A program made the position numbers and the translations under genes. Of a DNA stretch of 61,055 nt, positions 48,704-56,314 are shown piece by piece. The notes beneath the pieces are model-generated. The model was given only the letters and a program-made list of their open reading frames with translations. It was not told the origin of the DNA and searched no databases. Within the stretch, counting starts at the first letter, position 1, and each line of letters starts with the position of its first letter. Source of the DNA: an uncultured Chitinophagales bacterium (lineage in GTDB: Bacteria; Bacteroidota; Bacteroidia; Chitinophagales; UBA8649); assembly GCA_964655225.1 (NCBI GenBank), contig CAZZMB010000001.1:37752-98806 (forward strand). Reading direction: 5' to 3'.

Positions 48704-48774
48704 AGTTTTATTTTAAAAGGTCAGTAAAATTAGTTTATTTAGCGGGATAATTGGAATCAGAAGTCGTTTAATTT

Positions 48775-49512
48775 ATGAAAAACAAAGAATGGTTTGCAAG
48801 TTGGTTTAATACGCCGTTTTACCATATTCTTTATCAGCATAGGGATTTTGATGAAGCTGAAAATTTTATTGATTGTTTAATTGATAAACTAGATCCACTA
48901 GATAATTCTACAATACTGGATTTAGCATGCGGCAGAGGCCGGCATGCTTATTACTTAGCAAAAAAGGGATATATAGTCAAGGGAGTGGATTTATCTTTGG
49001 AATCTATAGTTAGTGCTCAAAGAAATTTTAAACTTAAAAATCTAAACTTTAGTGTACATGATATGCGTCTTAATATGCAAGATGAGGGATTTGATTATGT
49101 GTTTAACTTTTTCACTAGTTTTGGATATTTTGACAGCCTAGAAGATAACAAGAAGGTCATTGAAGTAATGAGTAATTCGCTCAACTCGGGAGGAACGTTG
49201 GTTATTGATTTTTTAAATGCGGTTAAAGCTGTTCAAAATATCGTAAGCGAAGAAGCTAAAAAATTGAATAATATTTCTTTTGAAATTAAAAGAAAATTAG
49301 AAAGTAAGGTGCTTGTCAAGGATATCCGTTTTAACCATAAGGAGGAGGACTATCATTACCAAGAAAAAGTACAAGCGTTGAGGCTTAGTGACTTCCAATC
49401 TTTAATAAAAAATACAGATCTATCTTTGCTAGAAATATATGGAGATTATGCCTTGAATGCTTTTGATGAAACAAATTCTGATCGTTTAATTATGGTTTTT
49501 AAGAAGGCTTGA
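48775..49512 (+). CDS. Class I SAM-dependent methyltransferase
   Basis: 245 aa. Motif I ILDLACGRGRH, post-I VKGVDLS, FNFFTSFGYF. Confidence 0.85.
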   Translation: MKNKEWFASWFNTPFYHILYQHRDFDEAENFIDCLIDKLDPLDNSTILDLACGRGRHAYYLAKKGYIVKGVDLSLESIVSAQRNFKLKNLNFSVHDMRLNMQDEGFDYVFNFFTSFGYFDSLEDNKKVIEVMSNSLNSGGTLVIDFLNAVKAVQNIVSEEAKKLNNISFEIKRKLESKVLVKDIRFNHKEEDYHYQEKVQALRLSDFQSLIKNTDLSLLEIYGDYALNAFDETNSDRLIMVFKKA

Positions 49513-50084
49513 TGGATTATTTAACTCAATTAGACCATCAATTATTTAATTTCATTAACCAAGATCTATCTAATCCTTTTTTTGATTGGATAATGCCTTT
49601 CATCCGGAATAAAAATACCTGGATTCCTTTCTATTTGCTGACTGCAGTATTACTCTTTAAAACATACGGAAAGAAAAGTCTTTTTATCGTTTTGGCAGTT
49701 GTATTATCTGTAGGGTTAGCAGATGGTATCTCGAGCCATGCATTGAAGCCATTTTTTGAGCGAACTCGACCTTGTTTACTCCCTGGCTTTATGGAGAATG
49801 TAAACCTAGTTGTTTCTAGGTGTTCTGGAGGTTATAGTTTTCCATCTTCGCATGCTGCTAATCATTTTACTATCGCTTTTGTTTTAATTTTTATTATCCG
49901 AAAAAACTACAGCAAACTTGCTTTAATGCTTCTTTTTTGGGCTGGAATAATCTGTTTTGCTCAAATCTATGTCGGTGTTCATTTCCCCACCGATATTTTA
50001 GGCGGTTTGTTGATTGCTTGGTTTGTAGCGGTAATCGTTCATTCCATTTACAGATATTCAGTTGATAAGATTAATTGGCAGTAA
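49512..50084 (+). CDS. PAP2-family phosphatase (membrane)
   Basis: KPFFERTRP / PSSH / YVGVHFPTD tripartite acid-phosphatase motif in a 5-6 TM protein. ATG 49512 preferred (TGATG overlap) over TTG 49509. Confidence 0.85.
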   Translation: MDYLTQLDHQLFNFINQDLSNPFFDWIMPFIRNKNTWIPFYLLTAVLLFKTYGKKSLFIVLAVVLSVGLADGISSHALKPFFERTRPCLLPGFMENVNLVVSRCSGGYSFPSSHAANHFTIAFVLIFIIRKNYSKLALMLLFWAGIICFAQIYVGVHFPTDILGGLLIAWFVAVIVHSIYRYSVDKINWQ

Positions 50085-50210
50085 AATTTGCTTTTAGAAG
50101 AAAGAGTCATTTTGTAGGAAAGACTGTTAAGTGGACTTCACTTTTTATTGGACCCTAAATTAACTTTTAGGTATTGATTTTTAGATTGCTAGCCCTATTG
50201 ATTAACTAAA

Positions 50211-50242
50211 AAGCCCTGTATTGCAACTGCAATACAGGGCTT
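50211..50242 (-). terminator. Strong stem-loop terminator downstream of the acidic lipoprotein gene
   Basis: 15-bp perfect stem AAGCCCTGTATTGCA / TGCAATACAGGGCTT with a 2-nt loop. An A-run on the plus strand gives a U-run for the minus-strand transcript. Confidence 0.72.
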
Positions 50243-50263
50243 CTAGTAGATATATAAATTTTC

Positions 50264-50797
50264 TTATTGCTTGGTACCTTGGAATGTTACATTTCCTACG
50301 GCATCACCTGTTAAAGCTAATGCACCAGTAAGTGAAGCAAAGTCAGGACTAAACTCAACACCACCGTCCAAAACAATATTAGCGATACCTTGGTAGCTGT
50401 ATGTTTCGTTAGCAATTGTCATAGTAGTACCAGATAATGTACCTTCAACTGTTGGAACTAAAGTTCCTGCAGGAGCTGCTAATAAAGCAGAAATATCAAC
50501 ACCGAGATCATAGTTTCCACCAGCATTCTCATCTACTTGAGCGGTTACATTTACACTTGTAAAAGTTGTATCAGTACCAGTTAAAGCAATTTCTATGTCT
50601 CCATCTGCTGTACCATCATATGTTCCACACGCATCACACGTTGTGGCAGTACCGTCAGGCACACAATCTCCATTGTCACATACTTCACCTGCAGCACAAG
50701 TAACGCCATCACAAGGATTCACTTCATCTTCACCACAGGATTGTAAACCGAAAGTCAAGGCACCTGCTACGAATAAACTTAAAAATAATTTTTTCAT
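50264..50797 (-). CDS. Acidic, arginine-free lipoprotein with an N-terminal six-Cys module
   Basis: 177 aa. Signal peptide plus lipobox (GLQSC). The mature chain starts with a six-Cys segment (NPCDGVTCAAGEVCDNGDCVPDGTATTCDAC), then a G/T/A/D-rich beta-like region. No Arg and a single Lys after the lipobox. Confidence 0.75.
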   Translation of the reverse strand: MKKLFLSLFVAGALTFGLQSCGEDEVNPCDGVTCAAGEVCDNGDCVPDGTATTCDACGTYDGTADGDIEIALTGTDTTFTSVNVTAQVDENAGGNYDLGVDISALLAAPAGTLVPTVEGTLSGTTMTIANETYSYQGIANIVLDGGVEFSPDFASLTGALALTGDAVGNVTFQGTKQ

Positions 50798-50855
50798 TGT
50801 TTTAATTTTTTTGGTTAATAATTGATTTAGAATAATAAATAGATTGTTAAAAACA

Positions 50856-50863
50856 CAAAACTA
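50856..50863 (-). promoter_or_regulatory. Candidate -7 box (TAGTTTTG on the minus strand) for the acidic lipoprotein gene
   Basis: Plus-strand CAAAACTA, about 58 nt upstream of ATG 50797, in the 88-nt gap after the 900-aa gene. Confidence 0.38.
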
Positions 50864-50885
50864 CAATAAAATCTTGGTTCTGCAA

Positions 50886-51131
50886 CTATTTAACAATAAA
50901 GTGTTTTTGATATTGATTGCCGTCTACTTCAAGATTTAATAAATAAAAACCAGCACTTAGATTGTTAGATAGGTCAAATGTTTCCTGAAAACGACCCGAT
51001 GTATTCGGATAATTGTTATTCAATATGACTCTTCCTGTTACATCAACAATTGCTAGATTTAAACTTATCTGCTCTAGGGTTTCCAATACAACAGTGAAAG
51101 ATCCATTATTGGGGTTAGGATAAAGATTCAG
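50886..51131 (-). other. T9SS type-A CTD of the 900-aa protein
   Basis: LNLYPNPNNGSFTVVLE..IVDVTGRVIL..LSAGFYLLNLEVDGNQYQKHFIVK. Confidence 0.8.
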
Positions 51132-53588
51132 TGAACTTAAATCTACAAAATCCCTTATTCCCGTTTCACAATCTACGGTAATTAAAGTGGATGAACCAAA
51201 GACATTACAATCTGGATTAATCGTAGGAAAATTTGCAGGTAAAGGAGGCAGAGTAAATGTAATTGAAGCCTCAGAGTTAGGCCCTATGGTGAAATTTTGG
51301 GCAGGAATAGAAACAACTTGGTCTACAGTGATTAGCGGACAAGAATCTGCATATACGGTAGAAATTATCTCATCAATATCGATCGTTAACGAACCTGTAC
51401 CAATATTTAATGAAGAAATTTCCCAAGCCCCATTCGGATCACCTGAATATAAATCCGTCAAAGCAAAACACAAGGCACCACCTGGAACAACTGATGGCAA
51501 TAATGCAATTAAACCCTCATTAATGGTATCTGGTATAAGCGCTTGAAACTCTGCAGGTAAAATATCTCTTAAGCCTGCAGTGGTTCCGTCAGGAAATGTA
51601 AAAACTAAACTATCGGTAATCAATAATACCCCTGGAGTAGCGCTCAAACCTAAGCACAATTGCGCGTCTGTCAAGCATCCGCTATCAACTGCAGGATTGT
51701 GTATGATGGAATCAACGTCAAGCGCTGCAGCTGAAATTGGCGTGAAATAATAATTGCCGTTGGCTAAATCTGCAGGTATATTAGCGCAATCCAACGTAAT
51801 ACCCGAGCTATCATCAGAAGGTAATACCCAACCAGCTGTAATTGCAGCTTGTAAGCTCGTCATATCTGTTACAGGACCATCACTCTCCGATGAAATCACC
51901 CATGCGACATCATTACCTGGTTTTAATATGAAGTTGTCATGTGTAAGTGTTACATCTGAAGCTAAACTAATAGCAGTTCCATTTGCACTAGAAGTCCCTT
52001 CTATGCATATGTCAAATGGCGCAGAGAGTGCTTCGCATCCGTTTACTGATGTAAACAAAACTGTAAACGGCGCATTGGCAGGATTGAACGAGGATAAGGT
52101 GTCTGCAGTAGCAGCAGGAATAGGAATTGCTACTCCCGAGCTGTTTGCAAACCACTGCAAATCATATCCATTAGGATTGTCAACAAATAATGCTCCGCTT
52201 AAGTCATCTAATATTATTACTGAGGCAGTTACATTATCTAATTCTAATGCATATGCTGCAGAGCTTGTGGCACAAATTGTTCCTAAATCTATAACCATTA
52301 CATAATAGTCGCCAGCTTGAGTGGCCGTGTAGGTCTGATTCGTTGCTCCGTTGATTGCTGTTGTATCTAAATACCATTGGTACGAACCTGAAATACTCGC
52401 TTCTAAGACCGCACTATCTCCTATACAAATTGGATTCGCTCCATTATTTGTAATTAAAGGCTCTTGAGAGGGAGGTAAAATTCTGACCGTATCCGTAAAA
52501 ATGTTGGTTGCTTTCACACGTTTACTTAAGGTTATAGAACCATTTGCGCAATTCGTTTGAAAATTTTGAGTCCCTATACCAGGATCTGTATTGAAAGTTA
52601 GAATAGCCAATCCTAAATTATCATCGGGAGATCCTAAAAGTCCATTATCCTCTTCCCATGCATTTATAGCTACTCCAGTGCCAACTATTGGAATGTCAAT
52701 TCCCGACCAGTTTACTGTGGTATTAGAGCTTGGATTTCCTAGGGTAATATCGCCATTTCCGGTATTTATAATTAAATAAGGTTCTGGTGAAGCCGTACAA
52801 CCAATAAAGGGAAGATCAATTTCTTCGACATCTCCGCAATAACATGAACTATTAGATGCAGTTAAAGATGCAGCTGAAATATAATATTCTTCTATGGTCT
52901 CAGTTAGGGAAACAATATACTCTCCTACACCAACAAATGTATTTGTGGCGCTTGGGCCAGCAGCTGAATTTCCATCGCCAAAGTCCCAAGCGTAAGTTGT
53001 TGGGTTAACCACCAATGGTGGTATCAAGGTTTCAGCAAAATCTACTGTCAGGGAATCACACGCTACATTTCCAGACAATGTGAAAAATGGGTTTCCTGCA
53101 GGTGGTAAAACATTGACGGTAATAGGTAAATTTTCAATTTGACATTGACTGATTCCTGCGACACTTCCACAACCATTTACAGAAACATTAACCGTGTAAG
53201 ATCCAGCTGGAGCCAATGTGTTAATATCCATAGTTACACACCCATATCGGTAATTTTGAGGATTGTATGTGTGCGGAGGTCCTATATCACTTGTCCAGCA
53301 AAACCCTGTAGTCGCAGGGGGTAAATCATTAACACTTAATACTTGAACTGATGTAACTGTAGCAGAACCAATTCCTGGAACCGCTATTGAAACCGGCATT
53401 AAATATTGAAAAGTAATGGTTGTATCTACTCCAGCTTGAATAGTTACATTGTCAGGAATTAAGCCCAAATCTTCGGGGCCTGTACTTGCGTGGATGGTTT
53501 CATCTACCACACAGGTAGGACATTGCGCAGAAATACCTGCAATACAGAGTAAGGAAATAAAGGTGAAGAGTAAATTATTTGCTTTCAT
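50886..53588 (-). CDS. Large secreted PKD/Ig-like-domain protein with T9SS CTD
   Basis: 900 aa. Signal peptide, PKD-like segment YAWDFGDGNSAAGPSATNTF.G.GEY.V.L, YQWYLDTTAINGATNQTYTATQAGDYYV Ig-like module, many Cys pairs, few basic residues, and a C-terminal T9SS sorting domain. Confidence 0.85.
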   Translation of the reverse strand: MKANNLLFTFISLLCIAGISAQCPTCVVDETIHASTGPEDLGLIPDNVTIQAGVDTTITFQYLMPVSIAVPGIGSATVTSVQVLSVNDLPPATTGFCWTSDIGPPHTYNPQNYRYGCVTMDINTLAPAGSYTVNVSVNGCGSVAGISQCQIENLPITVNVLPPAGNPFFTLSGNVACDSLTVDFAETLIPPLVVNPTTYAWDFGDGNSAAGPSATNTFVGVGEYIVSLTETIEEYYISAASLTASNSSCYCGDVEEIDLPFIGCTASPEPYLIINTGNGDITLGNPSSNTTVNWSGIDIPIVGTGVAINAWEEDNGLLGSPDDNLGLAILTFNTDPGIGTQNFQTNCANGSITLSKRVKATNIFTDTVRILPPSQEPLITNNGANPICIGDSAVLEASISGSYQWYLDTTAINGATNQTYTATQAGDYYVMVIDLGTICATSSAAYALELDNVTASVIILDDLSGALFVDNPNGYDLQWFANSSGVAIPIPAATADTLSSFNPANAPFTVLFTSVNGCEALSAPFDICIEGTSSANGTAISLASDVTLTHDNFILKPGNDVAWVISSESDGPVTDMTSLQAAITAGWVLPSDDSSGITLDCANIPADLANGNYYFTPISAAALDVDSIIHNPAVDSGCLTDAQLCLGLSATPGVLLITDSLVFTFPDGTTAGLRDILPAEFQALIPDTINEGLIALLPSVVPGGALCFALTDLYSGDPNGAWEISSLNIGTGSLTIDIDEIISTVYADSCPLITVDQVVSIPAQNFTIGPNSEASITFTLPPLPANFPTINPDCNVFGSSTLITVDCETGIRDFVDLSSLNLYPNPNNGSFTVVLETLEQISLNLAIVDVTGRVILNNNYPNTSGRFQETFDLSNNLSAGFYLLNLEVDGNQYQKHFIVK

Positions 53589-53610
53589 ATTATGGTTTAG
53601 TTAGTTGAAA

Positions 53611-53618
53611 CAAAGATA
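53611..53618 (-). promoter_or_regulatory. Candidate -7 box (TATCTTTG on the minus strand) for the 900-aa T9SS cargo gene
   Basis: Plus-strand CAAAGATA, about 22 nt upstream of ATG 53588. Confidence 0.4.
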
Positions 53619-53752
53619 ATCATTTTTTATATTTTACGATATTCAAGTGGTTTGAGTTGTTTTTGTTTTATGAAGCTGTTGAAAACTTGATTTAATTTGA
53701 AGATTTATATACAATAAAAAATTATCTTAGTTTCTCAAACTAACTTTAACTT

Positions 53753-56215
53753 ATGAAAAAAAATTACTTTTTAATTCTTATCTGTTTAATTACTGTTGCT
53801 GGCTTTAGCCAAGACAGTAAAATTGTGGGATTGGTGACTGAATCTAACGGAGAACCTGCTATTCAGGCAAATATCGTTATCGATGTTGCTAAAGGTTGGG
53901 CTGCTGTAACTGATTTTGATGGCAATTATTCACTTAAAGTACCTGAGGGCACCTATGATGTCTTATACCGTTATATCGGTAAGGAGGATCAATCACTTAC
54001 GATAAGTGTAAAGGCTGGAGAGACCAAAATACAAAATGTATCGTTTTCAGACAAAGTTGAAATGATGAACACCGTGGTAGTTTCTGGCTCGAAGTATGAA
54101 AAAAAATTGAGCGAAGAAACGGTTAGTATGGAGGTCTTAAAAAGTGATCTTCTAGAACAGAACAATATTACTTCAGCTGAAGATGGGCTTTCAAAAGTGC
54201 CAGGGGTTGTCGTCACTGGTGATGGGCAAGCAAGTATTCGTGGTGGCTCCGGTTGGAGTTATGGTGCGGGTAGTCGAGTTCAGGTGCTGTATGATGGTTT
54301 ACCCTTATTATCTGCCGAAGGTGGCGATGCGAAATGGTCGTTGATTCCTATGGAGAATTTGGAGACGATGGAGGTAATTAAAGGAGCAGCTTCTAGTATA
54401 TATGGTTCTGGAGCTTTGAACGGCGTTATAAATTTTAGAACAAGTTGGGCTAAGAAAGATCCCGAAACAAAATTTAATGTCTGGAATGGAGTGACGCATA
54501 GTCCACGCAATAAGAACGAAGCTTGGTGGTACAAGCAAAATCAGATTCCATTTGAAGCGGGCTTTAATTTTGTGCATAAACGAAAGTTTGGTAGAACAGA
54601 TTTTGTTTGGCATGGACAATACTCATCAAATACCAGTCATTTGCAAGATGGTGGCTCTAGTGACGTTCGATTTGGACAAAAATTTAGATTTCGACCTAAG
54701 AAAATTGAAGGTTTAAGCTTAGGGATAAATGTAAATGCTTCGAGAGGTTTGGGCAGTAATTTCTTCTTATGGAATGGTGCAGACTCCCTTTCCCGTGTTC
54801 CTTTAGATGGCACGGCTTCATCTTATCAAACGACCCGAGTGATAATTGACCCTTTTATCTCCTATTACGATAAAAAGAACAACAACTATAATTTTAAATT
54901 TAGGTATTTCAACGCCAAAAACCAAAACAGTACACCAGGACAAGGATCAGTTCCAGTCAATTATTATGGAGAGTTTCAATACAATCGATATTTTCAAAAA
55001 ATCAAGTTTAATATTGTAGCCGGTTTAACTGGTTTTGCTGATGTGGTTAATCCTGAAGACCCTAATATACAATCGCTATCGGGAAAAAACAGACGGTATA
55101 ATTTAGCTCCATTTATGCAGTTAGAGAAAAAATTGTTTGCCCAAAAATTAAATGTAACTATGGGTATACGTTATGAGTACTTTAGGTTGAAATCAATAAC
55201 AAAGAATATTACGCAAACTGGAACTTTGAATAGACCGCTTTTTAGATTTGGGGCAAATTTGCAAGCTGCTGAGTATACTTATATTAGAGCATCTTGGGGC
55301 GAAGGATATCGATTCCCTAGTATTGCAGAGTCTTTTGTAAATCTTAATATTGGAGGTATTGGTATTTTCCCTAATCCTAAGTTGGAAGAAGAAAATGGAT
55401 GGTATGCTGAAGTAGGCGTAAAACAAGGTTTTGCCTTGGGAAAAGATTGGAGAGGATATTCCGATTTAACATTCTTTGCCATGCGCTACAATAATATGGT
55501 TGAGGTTAATTTTGGTACTTTTGGAGATCCTGTACCAGGAGCACCTTCTGCACTTGAAGCGGCAGGCCTTGGTTTCTCTTTTCAAAACGTTGGAGAAACA
55601 CTTATTATGGGCGGTGAAATAACTATTGCCGGAACAGGAAAAATAGGTCGAATGCCTTTAACAATTCTTACGGGGTATACGTATACCAGAAGTCGTTCTT
55701 TAAATTGGGAAGATCCCTTGACTTTATATGACGTTAATGGTGATGTTTTAACAGATATACCATCAGAAACTCCTGGAGATATCACGTATGCAGCTACTTC
55801 ATCAGGTGATCAAAATATCTTAAAGTATAGAAATCCGCATGTTTTTACTTTAGATATGCAGTCTAGTGTCAAAAGTATAGATTTTGGAGTGAGTATTCAA
55901 TATCGTTCGTTTATGGAAAATATTGATTACGCATTTGTAAGTGACTTATTTACATCTCCTACGCTTAACCCCGGACTTTATCCTGCTTTTCAGGAGTTAA
56001 AAGATTTTAGAGAACGTTATGAAGGCCGAGGAACTACACTACTTAGCGCTCGAATATTTTATAACTTTTCAGACAAAGCTTCTTTGGGGCTTATTGGAAA
56101 TAATTTATTAAATCTTACCTATGCTGATCGACCAGGATACTTGGGGCAGCCGTTGAATTTTAATGCAAGGTTCTCTTATACTTTTACTGGAGAAAAAAGA
56201 AATAAATCATTGTAG
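53753..56215 (+). CDS. TonB-dependent receptor with N-terminal CarboxypepD_reg-like domain (SusC-like architecture, no SusD partner)
   Basis: 820 aa. Signal peptide. CarboxypepD_reg-like I.G.V.....EP...ANI......WAAVTDFDGNYSLKVPEGTY. Plug (TVVVSGSKYEKKLSEETVSMEV, SIRGGSG, MEVIKGAASSIYGSGALNGVINF). Long beta-barrel. Confidence 0.9.
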   Translation: MKKNYFLILICLITVAGFSQDSKIVGLVTESNGEPAIQANIVIDVAKGWAAVTDFDGNYSLKVPEGTYDVLYRYIGKEDQSLTISVKAGETKIQNVSFSDKVEMMNTVVVSGSKYEKKLSEETVSMEVLKSDLLEQNNITSAEDGLSKVPGVVVTGDGQASIRGGSGWSYGAGSRVQVLYDGLPLLSAEGGDAKWSLIPMENLETMEVIKGAASSIYGSGALNGVINFRTSWAKKDPETKFNVWNGVTHSPRNKNEAWWYKQNQIPFEAGFNFVHKRKFGRTDFVWHGQYSSNTSHLQDGGSSDVRFGQKFRFRPKKIEGLSLGINVNASRGLGSNFFLWNGADSLSRVPLDGTASSYQTTRVIIDPFISYYDKKNNNYNFKFRYFNAKNQNSTPGQGSVPVNYYGEFQYNRYFQKIKFNIVAGLTGFADVVNPEDPNIQSLSGKNRRYNLAPFMQLEKKLFAQKLNVTMGIRYEYFRLKSITKNITQTGTLNRPLFRFGANLQAAEYTYIRASWGEGYRFPSIAESFVNLNIGGIGIFPNPKLEEENGWYAEVGVKQGFALGKDWRGYSDLTFFAMRYNNMVEVNFGTFGDPVPGAPSALEAAGLGFSFQNVGETLIMGGEITIAGTGKIGRMPLTILTGYTYTRSRSLNWEDPLTLYDVNGDVLTDIPSETPGDITYAATSSGDQNILKYRNPHVFTLDMQSSVKSIDFGVSIQYRSFMENIDYAFVSDLFTSPTLNPGLYPAFQELKDFRERYEGRGTTLLSARIFYNFSDKASLGLIGNNLLNLTYADRPGYLGQPLNFNARFSYTFTGEKRNKSL

Positions 56216-56272
56216 CAGATTTCTTTTGCCAAAATTTATATAATAAGAATCCCAACCATATTAAATTTATGA

Positions 56273-56302
56273 AGGGTTAAGCTTAATACTTAATCCTTTT
56301 TT
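56273..56302 (+). terminator. Stem-loop plus T6 between the two TonB-dependent receptor genes (terminator or leader attenuator)
   Basis: Stem AGGGTTAAG / CTTAATCCT (9 bp including one G-U), 7-nt loop, then TTTTTT. It ends 12 nt before ATG 56315. Confidence 0.55.
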
Positions 56303-56314
56303 AAAGAATAAGTA

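Noticed and set aside
51187-52305. Plus-strand ORFs of 119 and 183 aa (also 52591..52779 and 53139..53324) antisense to the 900-aa T9SS gene
   Set aside because: The minus-strand frame encodes a continuous protein with a signal peptide, PKD/Ig motifs and a CTD. The antisense ORFs are low-complexity Ser/Ala/Val-rich strings, as expected opposite a Thr/Asn/Gly/Ala-rich gene.
53589-53752. Looked for a cobalamin, TPP or other riboswitch upstream of the TonB-dependent receptors, and for a preQ1 riboswitch upstream of queD (28867..28933)
   Set aside because: I see no B12-box-like GCCACTG core, no conserved riboswitch stems and no extended GC-rich helices. The spacers are AT-rich promoter-like DNA. 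An Rfam scan would be needed for certainty.
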